This document shows, one piece after another, positions 34,243 through 44,261 of a DNA stretch of 64,000 nucleotides. The position numbers were made by a program, and so were the translations under genes. Positions within the stretch are counted from its first letter, which is position 1. Each line of letters starts with the position of its first letter. Source of the DNA: a virus (lineage: Duplodnaviria; Heunggongvirae; Uroviricota; Caudoviricetes); the IMG/VR virus record IMGVR_UViG_3300031344_000001; one strand, 5' to 3'. The notes below the pieces were generated by a model, which was not told the DNA's origin, searched no databases, and saw nothing but the letters and a program-made list of their open reading frames with translations.

Positions 34243-34683
34243 GTGAGCCTCACGCCGCGAACACTGCGTGAGTTGGAGGCACGCCTCCTCCGTCTGGAGG
34301 TTCGCGTCGAGATGCGCCGCCGCCTGCGCCCCGAGGTCTGGGAGGCACGGAAGGACGGCCCGTGGACCGAGGCCGACTTCTACGACTGGGAAGGTCCCTG
34401 CGACTTCCTCATCGACGTCGACGCGGTCGAGCACGCGGACGGGCTGATCCTCTTGTGCCCCGCGTGCTACGACGACCCGCCCGTGGGGCCCGTCGGCACG
34501 CACAGCGTCGTCTGCTGGTCGCCGAAGGTCAGCCAGGACCACGACCCGAAGCCCGGGCGCTGGGACCTCGTCGGGACCTCGATCGACGACCTCACGCTCG
34601 TCGCCGGGTCGTCGAGCGTCTTGCTCCAGGGCGGCTGCAACGCGCACTTCTTCGTGCGTCAGGGGCGCGTCGTGCCGTGCTAG
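34243..34683 (+). CDS. DUF6527-like protein
   Basis: LCPAC...H...WDLVGTSIDDLTL...SVLL..GCNAHFFVRQGRV. Confidence 0.6.
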   Translation: MSLTPRTLRELEARLLRLEVRVEMRRRLRPEVWEARKDGPWTEADFYDWEGPCDFLIDVDAVEHADGLILLCPACYDDPPVGPVGTHSVVCWSPKVSQDHDPKPGRWDLVGTSIDDLTLVAGSSSVLLQGGCNAHFFVRQGRVVPC

Positions 34684-34988
34684 CGTCGCGTACGGTGGCT
34701 GTCGGCGACTACGCGAAGCTCGACCGCGCTCTTCGGGTCCGCGTGGAGGCGTCGACGAAGCACGCTCTACTACGGCTCCAAAGAAGAGCACGCGGCCACG
34801 GAGCGCGTCCCGCCGGTTCTTGCGAGATCACGGTTGAATGTTTACTCTTTGGAAAGTCCCATTTCTGGGGGTTGAAAAATGAGCACCGAGACGATCTGAT
34901 CTAAGCTGTTGGAACCCCGTCGACGATCCGCCGTTGCTGCGGGCCGAAGAAGTCGCATTTCATCCACAGCGTCAGTAAGATCCGCCCG

Positions 34989-35468
34989 ATGGGCACGACC
35001 TACATGGACTTCGGTACCGGCGTCTTCCACGTAGACGGCGACGCGCCGCTCACCCAGGCCCAAGTCGACTCCGTGTGGCGGCACCTGCCGACCACCGGTG
35101 CGAGCTGGGTCGAACGGGGACGCCTCTTCGCGCAGCAGTCCGACGGCGCGCCAGCGTTCAACCTCGGACCCGTCGAGCGCGGGGTCAAGGGCGTCTCCGC
35201 CGATGTACGGCGGAATCACGCGACAAAGAAGAAGCCCACAGCACCTTCTCAGTTGGACCGCGAGATCGCCGAAGCCTTGTCGAAGGACTATCGCGTCACG
35301 GTGCGTGTGGAAGGGGCCCCCAAGCCGGTCCACGTTTCCCCTTGGATGACGCGCGCGCAAGCCGAACACGCAGCCAAGAATCACAAGGCTCTGATCCGAG
35401 ATCGTGGTTGGACGCAGGTTGTCGAGATCGAAGACAAGAGCGGAGCTGTTACGCGACTTCCACGCTAG
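34989..35468 (+). CDS. Two-module protein with a central HATK linker and tag
   Basis: NHATKKKPTAPSQLDREIAEAL. Confidence 0.75.
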   Translation: MGTTYMDFGTGVFHVDGDAPLTQAQVDSVWRHLPTTGASWVERGRLFAQQSDGAPAFNLGPVERGVKGVSADVRRNHATKKKPTAPSQLDREIAEALSKDYRVTVRVEGAPKPVHVSPWMTRAQAEHAAKNHKALIRDRGWTQVVEIEDKSGAVTRLPR

Positions 35469-36570
35469 TTCAACGTTCCGCCTCGGTGCGTGCAGCTCGG
35501 AGAGATCTCTCTTTGTTGGCGGGTCGCCAGCCTCGTCGGGTAGGATGACCCTCGTGCACTCCGCGACCGTCCACGCCCCCAGCGCCGTCAAGCCTCCGTT
35601 GAACGACGACCGCCTGCCCCGCCGCTGGGAGCGGATCGCGCTGGAGGTCCGCTCGTGAGCGACGTGACGTCGCCCGACGCCGCCCCTCCGTCGGCGGACG
35701 ACATTGCGCACCTGCTCATGGGCTCGGGGATCCCGATGCCCCCGCCGCCGTCGAACAAGGGGGCGCTGCGCCGCAAGCTCCTGGCGGCCGTCCTGATCGC
35801 CGGCGTCGGCGTCGGCGCGTCGGTCATGTCGTGCGTCGGCCAGTCGTTCAGCTACCGGCAGGCACGCGCGCTGGAAGGTATCGAGCAGCAGCTCCGGGAG
35901 GTCCGCGCGAGCTGCCCCTCGTACGTCCCCGCGCCCCCGAGCGCCGGTGCGAAGATGCCATGAGCCGGACGAGGACGAGGCACCGTGACCCGATCTCTCC
36001 GAGGCGCTACCTCCTCAAGGACTGGCCCCCGCGACGCCGTGCCCTGCGCACGAGCTGGCACCTGCGCGACGCGATCGCGAACCTGAGGACACCGTGAACC
36101 GCGAGGAGGCCGCGCGCGCGATCGAGACCCTCGCGGCTTCACCAGCCGCAAGGTGGATCGGCAACAGGCTCATCGGCAACACGCTGCTCCAGAAGTGCTC
36201 GCTTTGCGGCGCGGAAGAGACGCTGGAGGTCCCGCCGAACATCCGCGGTCCCGGCGACGTACCGGCAGGCTTCGACGAGACCCTGTTCGCGTGGAAACGC
36301 TCGTTCCAGGTCACCCACGAAAGCTGCGCCTCGTGAGCGCTGCACACCCGACCTGCGAGGACTCCAGCTGCGCGATCTGCCGAGAGCGCGTGCGCCTGGT
36401 AGCCCTGAAGATCGAGCGCGGACTGCGCCCGGCAGGGAACTCCCGGCTCATCATCGCGAGGATCAAGGAGCGCGTACGCCGCCTCCAGGCCCAAGGGCGC
36501 GCGTGAAGTGACACCGAGCGCGGCACTGACCGACAATTCGACGAGACTCACCTACCGACAGGAACGAACC

Positions 36571-37068
36571 ATGGCGAAGCGCTACTCGGGCAACCTCCAG
36601 ATCAGCGTCGTCTACGACGACAAGGGCCACTACCGGACGTCGGTGAGCAGCGGCGGCAAGCACCTGTGGAGCGGCGTCGTGAACCCCGCGCCCGCGGGCT
36701 TCGGCCCCGGCATCGCGTACGACTCGCCGAAGGCGTACGACGAGGTAGCCTCGAGTGCGCTCGCGTTCGCCGACGACGAGGAGCACGGCATCGCCGACGA
36801 GGCCGAGTTCGACGAGGACCTCACCGGCTATCTGATCCGACGATCGCCGCCGTCAAAAACCAAGACACCGCGCCACGCGACGAAGCTCGGCGGTGGGTCC
36901 GCCCCGTGGTACCGGTGGCTCGTGAACTACCGCGACAGCCGTGGCAAGATTCAGCAGACGCAGGTCGACTCCACGACGCGCCGAGACGCGATCGCTGCCG
37001 CAAGCGTCGGCCACCCGACGGGGCGCGACTTCACGGCCGCCAAGCTCTCAACCAAGCCGCTGAAGTAA
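36571..37068 (+). CDS. Two-module protein separated by HATK
   Basis: MAKRYSGNLQI...YDSPKAYDEVA domain, RHATK linker, then a second small domain. Confidence 0.72.
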   Translation: MAKRYSGNLQISVVYDDKGHYRTSVSSGGKHLWSGVVNPAPAGFGPGIAYDSPKAYDEVASSALAFADDEEHGIADEAEFDEDLTGYLIRRSPPSKTKTPRHATKLGGGSAPWYRWLVNYRDSRGKIQQTQVDSTTRRDAIAAASVGHPTGRDFTAAKLSTKPLK

Positions 37069-37079
37069 GAAGATCCGTC

Positions 37080-37532
37080 ATGGCCGTCTGGGGCACGAAG
37101 GTCACCAAGCAGAAGATCGAGCAGCTCGCTCGCGCGTTGTTCCCGAAGTACGGGATCAAGGACGTGCCCAACCTCCTCGCGACGATCGTCAAGTACCGTA
37201 GCAACGACGGTCACGTGAAGATCTGGCGCCCGGAGGGCGGCTGGGGTTGGTTCGCGACACCGGCCGCGACTGTCGTCACCCCGAGCCTCGTCACCCTCAA
37301 GTTCCCCGCCGACTACCGGCGCACCGCCGCGATGGCGCGCGACGATCTCTACCGCCAGCTCGAGAACGCCACGCTCAGCGTGCTGTCGGAGGACGAGGTC
37401 GAGGCCGCAATGACCCGAGCCAGCGCCAGCGCCAGGCCAACGACGCCGCAGCACTCGACGAAGAAGGCCCCCGCCCAACTCGACCGCGAGATCGCGGCGG
37501 CGCTCCACAAGAACCGCAAGAGTCGCCGGTGA
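37080..37532 (+). CDS. Hypothetical protein with a C-terminal HSTK linker and tag
   Basis: QHSTKKAPAQLDREIAAAL. Confidence 0.75.
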   Translation: MAVWGTKVTKQKIEQLARALFPKYGIKDVPNLLATIVKYRSNDGHVKIWRPEGGWGWFATPAATVVTPSLVTLKFPADYRRTAAMARDDLYRQLENATLSVLSEDEVEAAMTRASASARPTTPQHSTKKAPAQLDREIAAALHKNRKSRR

Positions 37533-38096
37533 GCACGCGCAAGCCGAGGGAAGCGCCCATGGACGCGGGCGCTTCCACAGCCCCAAGCGAGAGCGCTGGT
37601 ACAACGACGCGGTTCTCGCCGCCGCCTCCTCCACCCCGCCCGCAGAAGAAGTCATCCCGCGGACCTCGCGTCCGTCTGACCCACTTCGAGATCCGCCGCG
37701 GCGAAAGCCTCCGCCTGCGGATGTCGGTGGCCGACGACGCGCTCGCCGAGGTCGGCGACGAGCTGGGCGCGCTGGTCAAGAAGATCGTCCCTGGCGTGCG
37801 GGTCGCCACCAGCGTCGCGCCAGAGCAGCAGCTCGTCTCCGAGTCCCAGTCCCACGTCCCCGAGCACGCGGACTTCATCATCTCCCCGCAGCATGACGAC
37901 AACGACGCGGCCTACCACGAGACACTGCGCGAGCACATGACCGCGCTGTGCGGCTCCCTCTGCGACGAGTCGCTCGCCGACGTGCTCAAGATCGCGCGCG
38001 ACGAGAGCGCACGCCGCGCGGAGGGGCGCAACTGAGAACGCCAACGTCGACCGTTCTCCCCGCGGCGCGACGCTTGGCGTAGTACGATCAGACGCG

Positions 38097-38471
38097 ATGA
38101 TCCTCGTGAAGAAGCAAGGCCCCTTCGAGGTCTTCTCCCGTGGCGTCGAGGAGCCCTGGACGGTCTGGCGCGACGGACAGCCCTACCGCCAGGTGTGGAC
38201 GTGGAAAGAAGTCGACGAGATCTTGCGCGAGACGGTGGTGCCCAAGGCCAGCCACCACCACGCCACGACCAAGAAGACCGAGGTCGTCCTCGCGAAACGG
38301 AACCGCCCGCGCGCGGGCGTCGGAGAACCGCGCCACTACGCGACGCTCGTCGACAAGGACAGCGGTCGCCACGTCTACAGGTCTCCGGTGAAGGGCACCC
38401 CGGAGGAGGCTGCCGGCCTCGCCGAGGCGTTCGCCGCGCGGCGAGGGCTCACGATCGCGGGGCGTGTCTGA
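38097..38471 (+). CDS. Two-module protein separated by HATTKK
   Basis: SHHHATTKK linker between two ~55 aa modules. Confidence 0.65.
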   Translation: MILVKKQGPFEVFSRGVEEPWTVWRDGQPYRQVWTWKEVDEILRETVVPKASHHHATTKKTEVVLAKRNRPRAGVGEPRHYATLVDKDSGRHVYRSPVKGTPEEAAGLAEAFAARRGLTIAGRV

Positions 38472-39744
38472 TGTCGGGCGTGCGTAGCCTCACGACCGAG
38501 CTCTCGGCGAGGCCGCAACGGTGAACTACCTGTTCCTGATCACGGTCTTCGTCGTGGCAGCCGCCCTCGGTGCCACAGGCTCTCCGCGCGAGACGCGCGC
38601 ACGCGACAAGGAGAAGCACGGCCGATGAGCCGCGCTCCTTCACCGAAGCGCCCGCGACGGCCCAAGATTCCGACGACGTTCGCGTGGCAGCCGCTGTCCT
38701 TCCTCGGGACGAGCGTGTCGCGCAGTGACGGCCGCGAGCTGTTCCTGAACGTCGCCGGGGGTGCCGAGCGGTGGTTCGCGCTTGCGTTCGAGGGACCCCG
38801 TGATGCCTCCCCCTTCACCTTGCTCGACGATCACGCCCACCGGCTCATCGGGGAGTTCGCGAACCCCGCCGCGGCGCAGCGCGCGGGCGAGGGCTTCGCG
38901 AAGCGCTGGCTGCGCGGGGTGAAGATCGACGAGTGCCGCTGCCTCGACATCGGTAAGAAGCGCGACGCTGTACGGGCGCGACGCGCGATCCGCGGCTGAT
39001 CCTCCCGAAGAGGCCCGTCGAAAATTGGCGCGTGCACCGACGCCAGACGAGGATGTCGACGAGGTTCCTCATGGAGACGATCGACGGGATCAAGATGCAC
39101 GAGGTCATCGTGCTCTGCCGCGAGTTGCACGCCCTGCCGCCAGACGACCCGCACTGCCAGGACGTGCGCGAACGGCTCGAGCGCCTCTGGCGATCGCTCT
39201 CGCCGACGGAGCAGGACGAGGTGGACCGGATCCTGGGGCACGGCTTCTCGGTGAGGACGCGCGCGAACGGGAGGACAAATGCGTGACGATGATGACGATG
39301 ACGACGCCACCCCAGTGACGCGGGACCAAGCACGAGACCCCCGACTCCTCACACTCCTCGACGCCGCGAGAGCGTTGGCCTCGCTGGAAGACACCGACGC
39401 TTACCGCTCGCGTGCAGTCCAGGCACTGGCCCAGGCAGCCACCGCCTGGGCCTCCGACCCGTGCTCGATCTGCGGGCGCCGCGGCGACCACGAGTGGGAA
39501 GAGCTGACCACGGCAGAGCGGATCGCGCACGAGGCGGAAGCCTCCCGCCAGGGGGCCTGATGCGCGCGAAGCCGTCCACGCCGTTCAGCGCCCCCGACGA
39601 CCCGAACTGCAAGCACCGCAGCCACTACGAGTGCGTGAAGTGCCGCAAGCTCGTGTGCGCGCGCTGCGGCGCTCAGCTCGCCGCCTCGACCGACAACTGG
39701 CAGACGATCGGCTACTGGTGCCCCGATTGCCGCGCGCAGGTAGA

Positions 39745-39792
39745 ATAGGCTGCCGGCCTTCGGACGGTATAGGCTGCCGGCCTTCGGACGGT
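39745..39792. repeat. Perfect 24-bp tandem duplication
   Basis: ATAGGCTGCCGGCCTTCGGACGGT occurs twice in tandem, just upstream of the rtcB remnant RBS. Confidence 0.95.
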
Positions 39793-39810
39793 ATCTCCGG
39801 AGGAGCCCTC

Positions 39811-40171
39811 GTGTCGGTTACCAATCTCGAATCAAGCGTCCACCGCGTGGACGAAACGACCTCATCGATTTCCAACGTTCACGGCGTGCCGATCACGCTG
39901 TTCGCCAACCGCGATGTCCCGATTGAACTCGAGGCGGTCGAGCAGGCGCTCGGTTTCGTCGACGTGCAGGGTACGATCGATACGATCTGGCGCGCCGACC
40001 GCACCTGACGTCCGCCTCCGCCGCGACGTTCTCGCCGAGTACCACGATCGCCTCAAGGAGGAGGCGCCGTACGCTTACAAGGACATCACGCCGGTCGTGC
40101 AGACCGTCGAAGACGCGCGCGTCGCAAAGCGCGTCGCCCGGTTGTGGCCGCTACTGACGGTCAAGGGCTGA
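39811..40171 (+). pseudogene. rtcB: RtcB RNA ligase remnant (presumed N-terminal and clear C-terminal fragments, large internal deletion)
   Basis: GGAGGAG RBS plus GTG open a 65 aa fragment. An out-of-frame fragment, LKEEAPYAYKDITPVVQTV...VARLWPLLTVKG*, matches the RtcB C-terminus. Confidence 0.8.
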
Positions 40172-40236
40172 CGCGGTACGAGCCGCGATCGTTAGGCGCA
40201 CGCAGCCTCAGATGCGCGGCGCGCGCCGGTCGCCGG

Positions 40237-41229
40237 TCAGTCCTCGTCCTTGAGCAGGAAGTCGTTGTTGATCACCTTGAACGACAGCCTCCCGCCGAGT
40301 ACCGCCGACGGCATCTCGACCACCGGCCGAACCACGATGCCCTCCTTGCGCTGCTGCGTGCCGCCGTACAGACCCCGCGCCGCCTCGAGCCAGCCGTCGA
40401 GCGTATGCACGAACGTCGCCGCCTCCTCGCCGCGCACGACGCGCTCGATCGGCACCGTGCGCAGCCCGTGCTCAGCGCAGAACGCGACGAACGCTTCGAG
40501 CCCGAGGAACGCGCCCGCGCGCATGTCGTAGACGTTGAACACGAACAGGTCGACGTCGTCGAGCTTGAGCAGATTCTTCTGGATGCCGGGGCCGCAGATC
40601 TCACCCTGGATCGCGAAGTCGATCGGCAGCTTGGTCTCGAGCGCGTAGCGCGCGGCGAGCCGCCACACGGGGTTCTCGCCGCGGACCAGCGCCCAGTTGC
40701 GCGAGCACGCGACGAAGCCGTCGGCGTCGTGCGCGTAAGTCGCAGACGTGCCGTCGAGCTTGGTCGTGACGAACAGCTCGTGACCGCGCAGCTCGTCGAG
40801 CACGCCGATCGCCGATTGCAGGCGGATCTCGTCGGTCTTCGGCACATGCGGCGCGAATGGTCCGGCGATCTCTCGCGTGTCGGGCACCACCGCCTCGAAC
40901 TTGGTGACGCCGAGACGATCACGCAGATCGACATCGCGCGACGATTCACCGTCGAGGATCGCGATCGGCAGCGCGAGCCCCTGCGATAACACGCCGCGCA
41001 GCTTGAGCGTGCGCACGCGAAACTTGCGCGCGCGCATGAACTCCGACCACGCAGGCCCGTCGGGGAGCACGCTATCGATCTCGAAGAACACGCACGGATC
41101 ACCGGGCGCGAATTCGTCCTTCTTGACGACGACGGTCCAGCCCAGAACGCGGGCCTGCACGATGTTGTCCGCGCCAACGATGGCAGCGATCGAGTCGATC
41201 GTCTGAATCGAAACTAGCTTGCGTTCCAT
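40237..41229 (-). CDS. ATP-dependent RNA ligase, Rnl2/DRB0094 family
   Basis: N-terminal RKLVSIQ..GADNI..VVKKDEF..FFEIDSVLP..LRGVLSQGL domain. Ligase motifs TKLDGTS, QGEICG, EGIVVR and FKVINNDFLL. Confidence 0.93.
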   Translation of the reverse strand: MERKLVSIQTIDSIAAIVGADNIVQARVLGWTVVVKKDEFAPGDPCVFFEIDSVLPDGPAWSEFMRARKFRVRTLKLRGVLSQGLALPIAILDGESSRDVDLRDRLGVTKFEAVVPDTREIAGPFAPHVPKTDEIRLQSAIGVLDELRGHELFVTTKLDGTSATYAHDADGFVACSRNWALVRGENPVWRLAARYALETKLPIDFAIQGEICGPGIQKNLLKLDDVDLFVFNVYDMRAGAFLGLEAFVAFCAEHGLRTVPIERVVRGEEAATFVHTLDGWLEAARGLYGGTQQRKEGIVVRPVVEMPSAVLGGRLSFKVINNDFLLKDED

Positions 41230-41488
41230 GGCATCACCTCCACAAGTCGAGTTCGTCTGAAGTGCCAACCGTCAACCGCGTGCCCCCCACAATACATCAC
41301 GCACCCCAGTGTGACGATCGGCGTGTCGTCGACGGGCGCGAGCGTCATCGGCTGCCACGCGAACTGCATCGAGTATCGTCCCCGTTCAAATACAAAGACC
41401 GGCCGTGAGCGAGATGCTACGGCCGGTCGATGCGGTGCAATCGTGGAGCGAAACGCTCTACGGATCTCTACAGAGCTAGCGCAGTCGT

Positions 41489-42640
41489 CTACACGCCCTG
41501 GCAGCAGCCGCCGGCAGCCGGGCCCGAGTCGGCTGGCGCGAACTGCTCGAGGTAGCCAGTGCCGACGACCGGCCACCCGTTCTGCGTACCGATGGTGACC
41601 ATCGCGCCCTCGACGAACGGAGAGAACAGGCCGCCGGTCATGATGATCTGGTTGGTCCGGAGAAGCGCGACGATGACGTCGAGGTGCTCCTCGGGGATCG
41701 TGAGGCGGACCGACGTGTCGAGCGTGGTCACCGGCGGCCCTGCGTTGACGACGGTGGCACCAGTACCCACGACCGAGAACGCCGTGATCGTCTTCTCGGT
41801 GCACGCTGGCGCGGGGCCGATCTCGTTGATCGTACGGACCAAGCTGTTGCCGGTGTCGTCCGCCTTCATGTCCCAGAGCATGTAGTCCGAGCCATTCGAC
41901 AGGTGCAGCGAGACCCAGTGCCAGTTGACGTTGTTCTCCTGCGAGCCCGGAGTCCCGATCACGGTGCCGAACTCACGATCGTACCAGCCGTCACCGGTGA
42001 GGATGTTGACCTCGCGCTTGCCGGGCCGCGAGATCGACCCGGTCACCTTCATGCTGCGCCGGTTGTAGTAGAACTGCTTGCCGTGGTTGGTTCCGGTGAC
42101 CGGGTCGACGAGGCTCGCCTGACCGTTGTGCCACGCCGGTGCCGGGTTCTTGCGACCATCGAAGTGGAGGTCGACCACCGAGCCGTCATCGTAGGTGAGC
42201 GACAGATCGTCGCTGCCACCGCCGCCGATCGCGCTGAAGCTGCCGCCCGCGTCGGACGCCTCCAGGTCGAAGGCATTGGCGATGTGCGGATACACGCCGC
42301 TGCCGAAGATGAGCTGGCTCTCGTACGTGTTCGCGGTCGCGTCCGTCAGCGCGATCTGCACGACGGTGAACGTCGGGATGAAGCCGAACGCGAACTGGAA
42401 CGGGATCGTCTCGACGCCGTAGGTGTGGCCGTCGTCGGCGATCACCACCGCGTTCCAGTACCACTGCTCGTAGGCGTACTTCGACGAGCCGTCGGGGTTG
42501 AGGTGCACGGCGTCGTCGGCGGGGATCGACACGGCGGCGCCGGTGTGCGGGTTGGGCGCCGCGCACGAGTTGTGAGCGTCGTCCGCGTGGGCGGACGCGG
42601 CCATCATGGACACGAGAGCGAGAGACAGAAAAAACTTCAC
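41489..42640 (-). CDS. Secreted AttH/CrtC-like lipocalin-fold protein
   Basis: Signal peptide, EQWYWN, WYDREFG, WHWVSLHLSNG and GTGYLE. GGAGG RBS. Confidence 0.75.
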   Translation of the reverse strand: MKFFLSLALVSMMAASAHADDAHNSCAAPNPHTGAAVSIPADDAVHLNPDGSSKYAYEQWYWNAVVIADDGHTYGVETIPFQFAFGFIPTFTVVQIALTDATANTYESQLIFGSGVYPHIANAFDLEASDAGGSFSAIGGGGSDDLSLTYDDGSVVDLHFDGRKNPAPAWHNGQASLVDPVTGTNHGKQFYYNRRSMKVTGSISRPGKREVNILTGDGWYDREFGTVIGTPGSQENNVNWHWVSLHLSNGSDYMLWDMKADDTGNSLVRTINEIGPAPACTEKTITAFSVVGTGATVVNAGPPVTTLDTSVRLTIPEEHLDVIVALLRTNQIIMTGGLFSPFVEGAMVTIGTQNGWPVVGTGYLEQFAPADSGPAAGGCCQGV

Positions 42641-42776
42641 TTAGTACCTCCTGCGAACGTTCTAACGGTATATCCGGAATAATTCAACAGGAACGGAACG
42701 TGATCTCGCCGAAAGTCGCGAGCACTCGTTCGCACTCAATCGCACTCGCACGCACTCACCATCCGGTTTGCCGGGC

Positions 42777-43252
42777 CTACCAGTCACCGCGTGCGTACGC
42801 CTTGAACCGCCACGTCCGGCCGTCAACGTGGTCGACCACCTGGTCATCCTGCGTGCGGATCGTCCGGCGCTTGTCGCCGCGCATGCCCGATCCGACCTGC
42901 CGCCGTCGATCAGCAGCACGCGCGCCCTGCGCGGTGGACCGCGCCAGCTCGGCGACGCGCGCGGCGAGGACCCTCATCGCCAACGCGCGGTTCAGGTGCT
43001 GCGATCGCTCGGACTCGCAGCGGACCTCGATCCCGGTCGGCCGGTGTCGAGCGCGCACCGCCGAGTCCGTCTTGTTCCGGTGCTGGCCGCCCGCGCCCGA
43101 CCCACGCATCGTCTCGACGTCGACGTCCTCCGCGCGGATCACGAGTTCAGCGAGCTGGGGCTCCTCCAGCACCGCGACCGTGATCGTGCTCGTGTGCACG
43201 CGCCCGCGTTTCTCGTTCGGCGGCGTCCGCTGCCACCGGTGGATGCGTCCAT
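42777..43252 (-). pseudogene. Peptide chain release factor-like (RF-1 domain, GGQ), N-terminally disrupted
   Basis: HRWQRTPPNEKRGRVHTSTITVAVL, GSGAGGQHRNKTDSAVR, ERSQHLNR and GSGMRGDKRRTIR. The RBS-linked ATG at 43252 is out of frame with this domain. Confidence 0.8.
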
Positions 43253-43264
43253 AGCTAGCCTCCG

Positions 43265-43350
43265 CGGAAGACGGCGGAGTCGAACCGCAACCCCTCACGG
43301 GGTCCATCCGTTTAGCAAACGGCTCTCGCGCCACCGCGAGTTCATCTTCC
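43265..43350 (-). tRNA. tRNA-Ser(GCT)
   Basis: GGAAGAT/GTCTTCC-G acceptor, loop TTGCTAA, long variable arm, GGTTCGACTCC T arm. Confidence 0.85.
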
Positions 43351-43355
43351 ATGCG

Positions 43356-43440
43356 CGGAGCATTTGGGAATCGAACCCGGACCGTTTCCGGCCTCCCCGT
43401 TTTCGAGACGGGTGCCCACGCCATGCGGGCCTCATGCTCC
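43356..43440 (-). tRNA. tRNA-Ser(CGA)
   Basis: GGAGCAT/ATGCTCC-G acceptor, CCCGT-CTCGAAA-ACGGG anticodon arm, long variable arm. T stem has two mismatches. Confidence 0.75.
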
Positions 43441-43523
43441 AAATCCAGGAGTCGCTCAGTAGCGGGTAGCTACGAGCGACTGCGACTAGACGAGAATGAG
43501 AAGAACGACGTCATCGAAACACT

Positions 43524-43601
<78 letters not shown>

Positions 43602-43606
43602 CCAAG

Positions 43607-43635
43607 AAGCTATGCGACTACAACAGCCGCGTCAA
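43607..43635 (-). promoter_or_regulatory. Sigma70-type promoter for the Met/Ser/Ser tRNA cluster
   Basis: TTGACG-17 nt-TAGCTT immediately upstream of tRNA-Met. Confidence 0.6.
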
Positions 43636-44149
43636 GCCCTATCTGAGGATCGATTCTTGTGAAAAATGTAATGCGCCGCGCCAACGGACACCCGGTACTT
43701 CGCTGCGAGATCTCGAAATTCCATTCCTGCCCGTCGGTCAGCGCAGAGCGCAACCTCGTCTTCATCGGACAGCCGCCGTCGCCTCAACGAGGCGTGTACG
43801 GCCATCGATCGGCGAACTTCCGATAGACGATCCATGCTGTTTTGTCGCGGGGTGCCAAGAACCAAGTTGGTGGACCTATTGTTCGTGCAATCCCCATCGA
43901 GGTGACGCACCTCAAGACTCTCCTGAAAGACGGCCTCTCCATAAAGCTGATAGGCCGCAATACGGTGAACTTCGACGTTCATCACACGCCCCTCAATCTT
44001 CAAACCAATGGCACAGTACCCACTACCAGCCCTACGCGAGAGAGAGAGAGCCTTCGTCCGTTTGGACCAAACACGTTTCCGTCCCCATCAACGGTATAGC
44101 CGCGACGGATCGCTTCTAGTAACAGTTCACGTCCTCGCAACGTGCTCAT
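43632..44149 (-). pseudogene. HNH homing endonuclease, frameshifted at a (CT)6 tract
   Basis: N-part MSTLRG...GYTVDGDGNVFGPNGRR starts at ATG 44149. C-part GY...VHRIAAY...VRHLDGDCTNNRSTNL plus an HTH-like tail. Removing one CT unit joins the two frames. Confidence 0.8.
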
Positions 44150-44261
44150 AGCCACAGACTAAACCCGCCGCACCGAAAACACCGAAGCTCAGAAGCCACA
44201 ACGATTAACGCTTGACTGAATCTTGGAGGAGCCTGCATAGTGCCTCGTTCTCTGAAAACTT

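Noticed and set aside
34243-34683. DUF6527-like protein as the missing E2 of the Ubl operon
   Set aside because: It lies 24 kb away with no linkage visible in the sequence, and the family call itself is unverified.
39745-39792. CRISPR array
   Set aside because: Only two abutting copies with no spacer, and no cas genes in the window.
43253-43442. N-terminal extension of the 221 aa release-factor ORF
   Set aside because: It merely reads through two tRNA-Ser genes.
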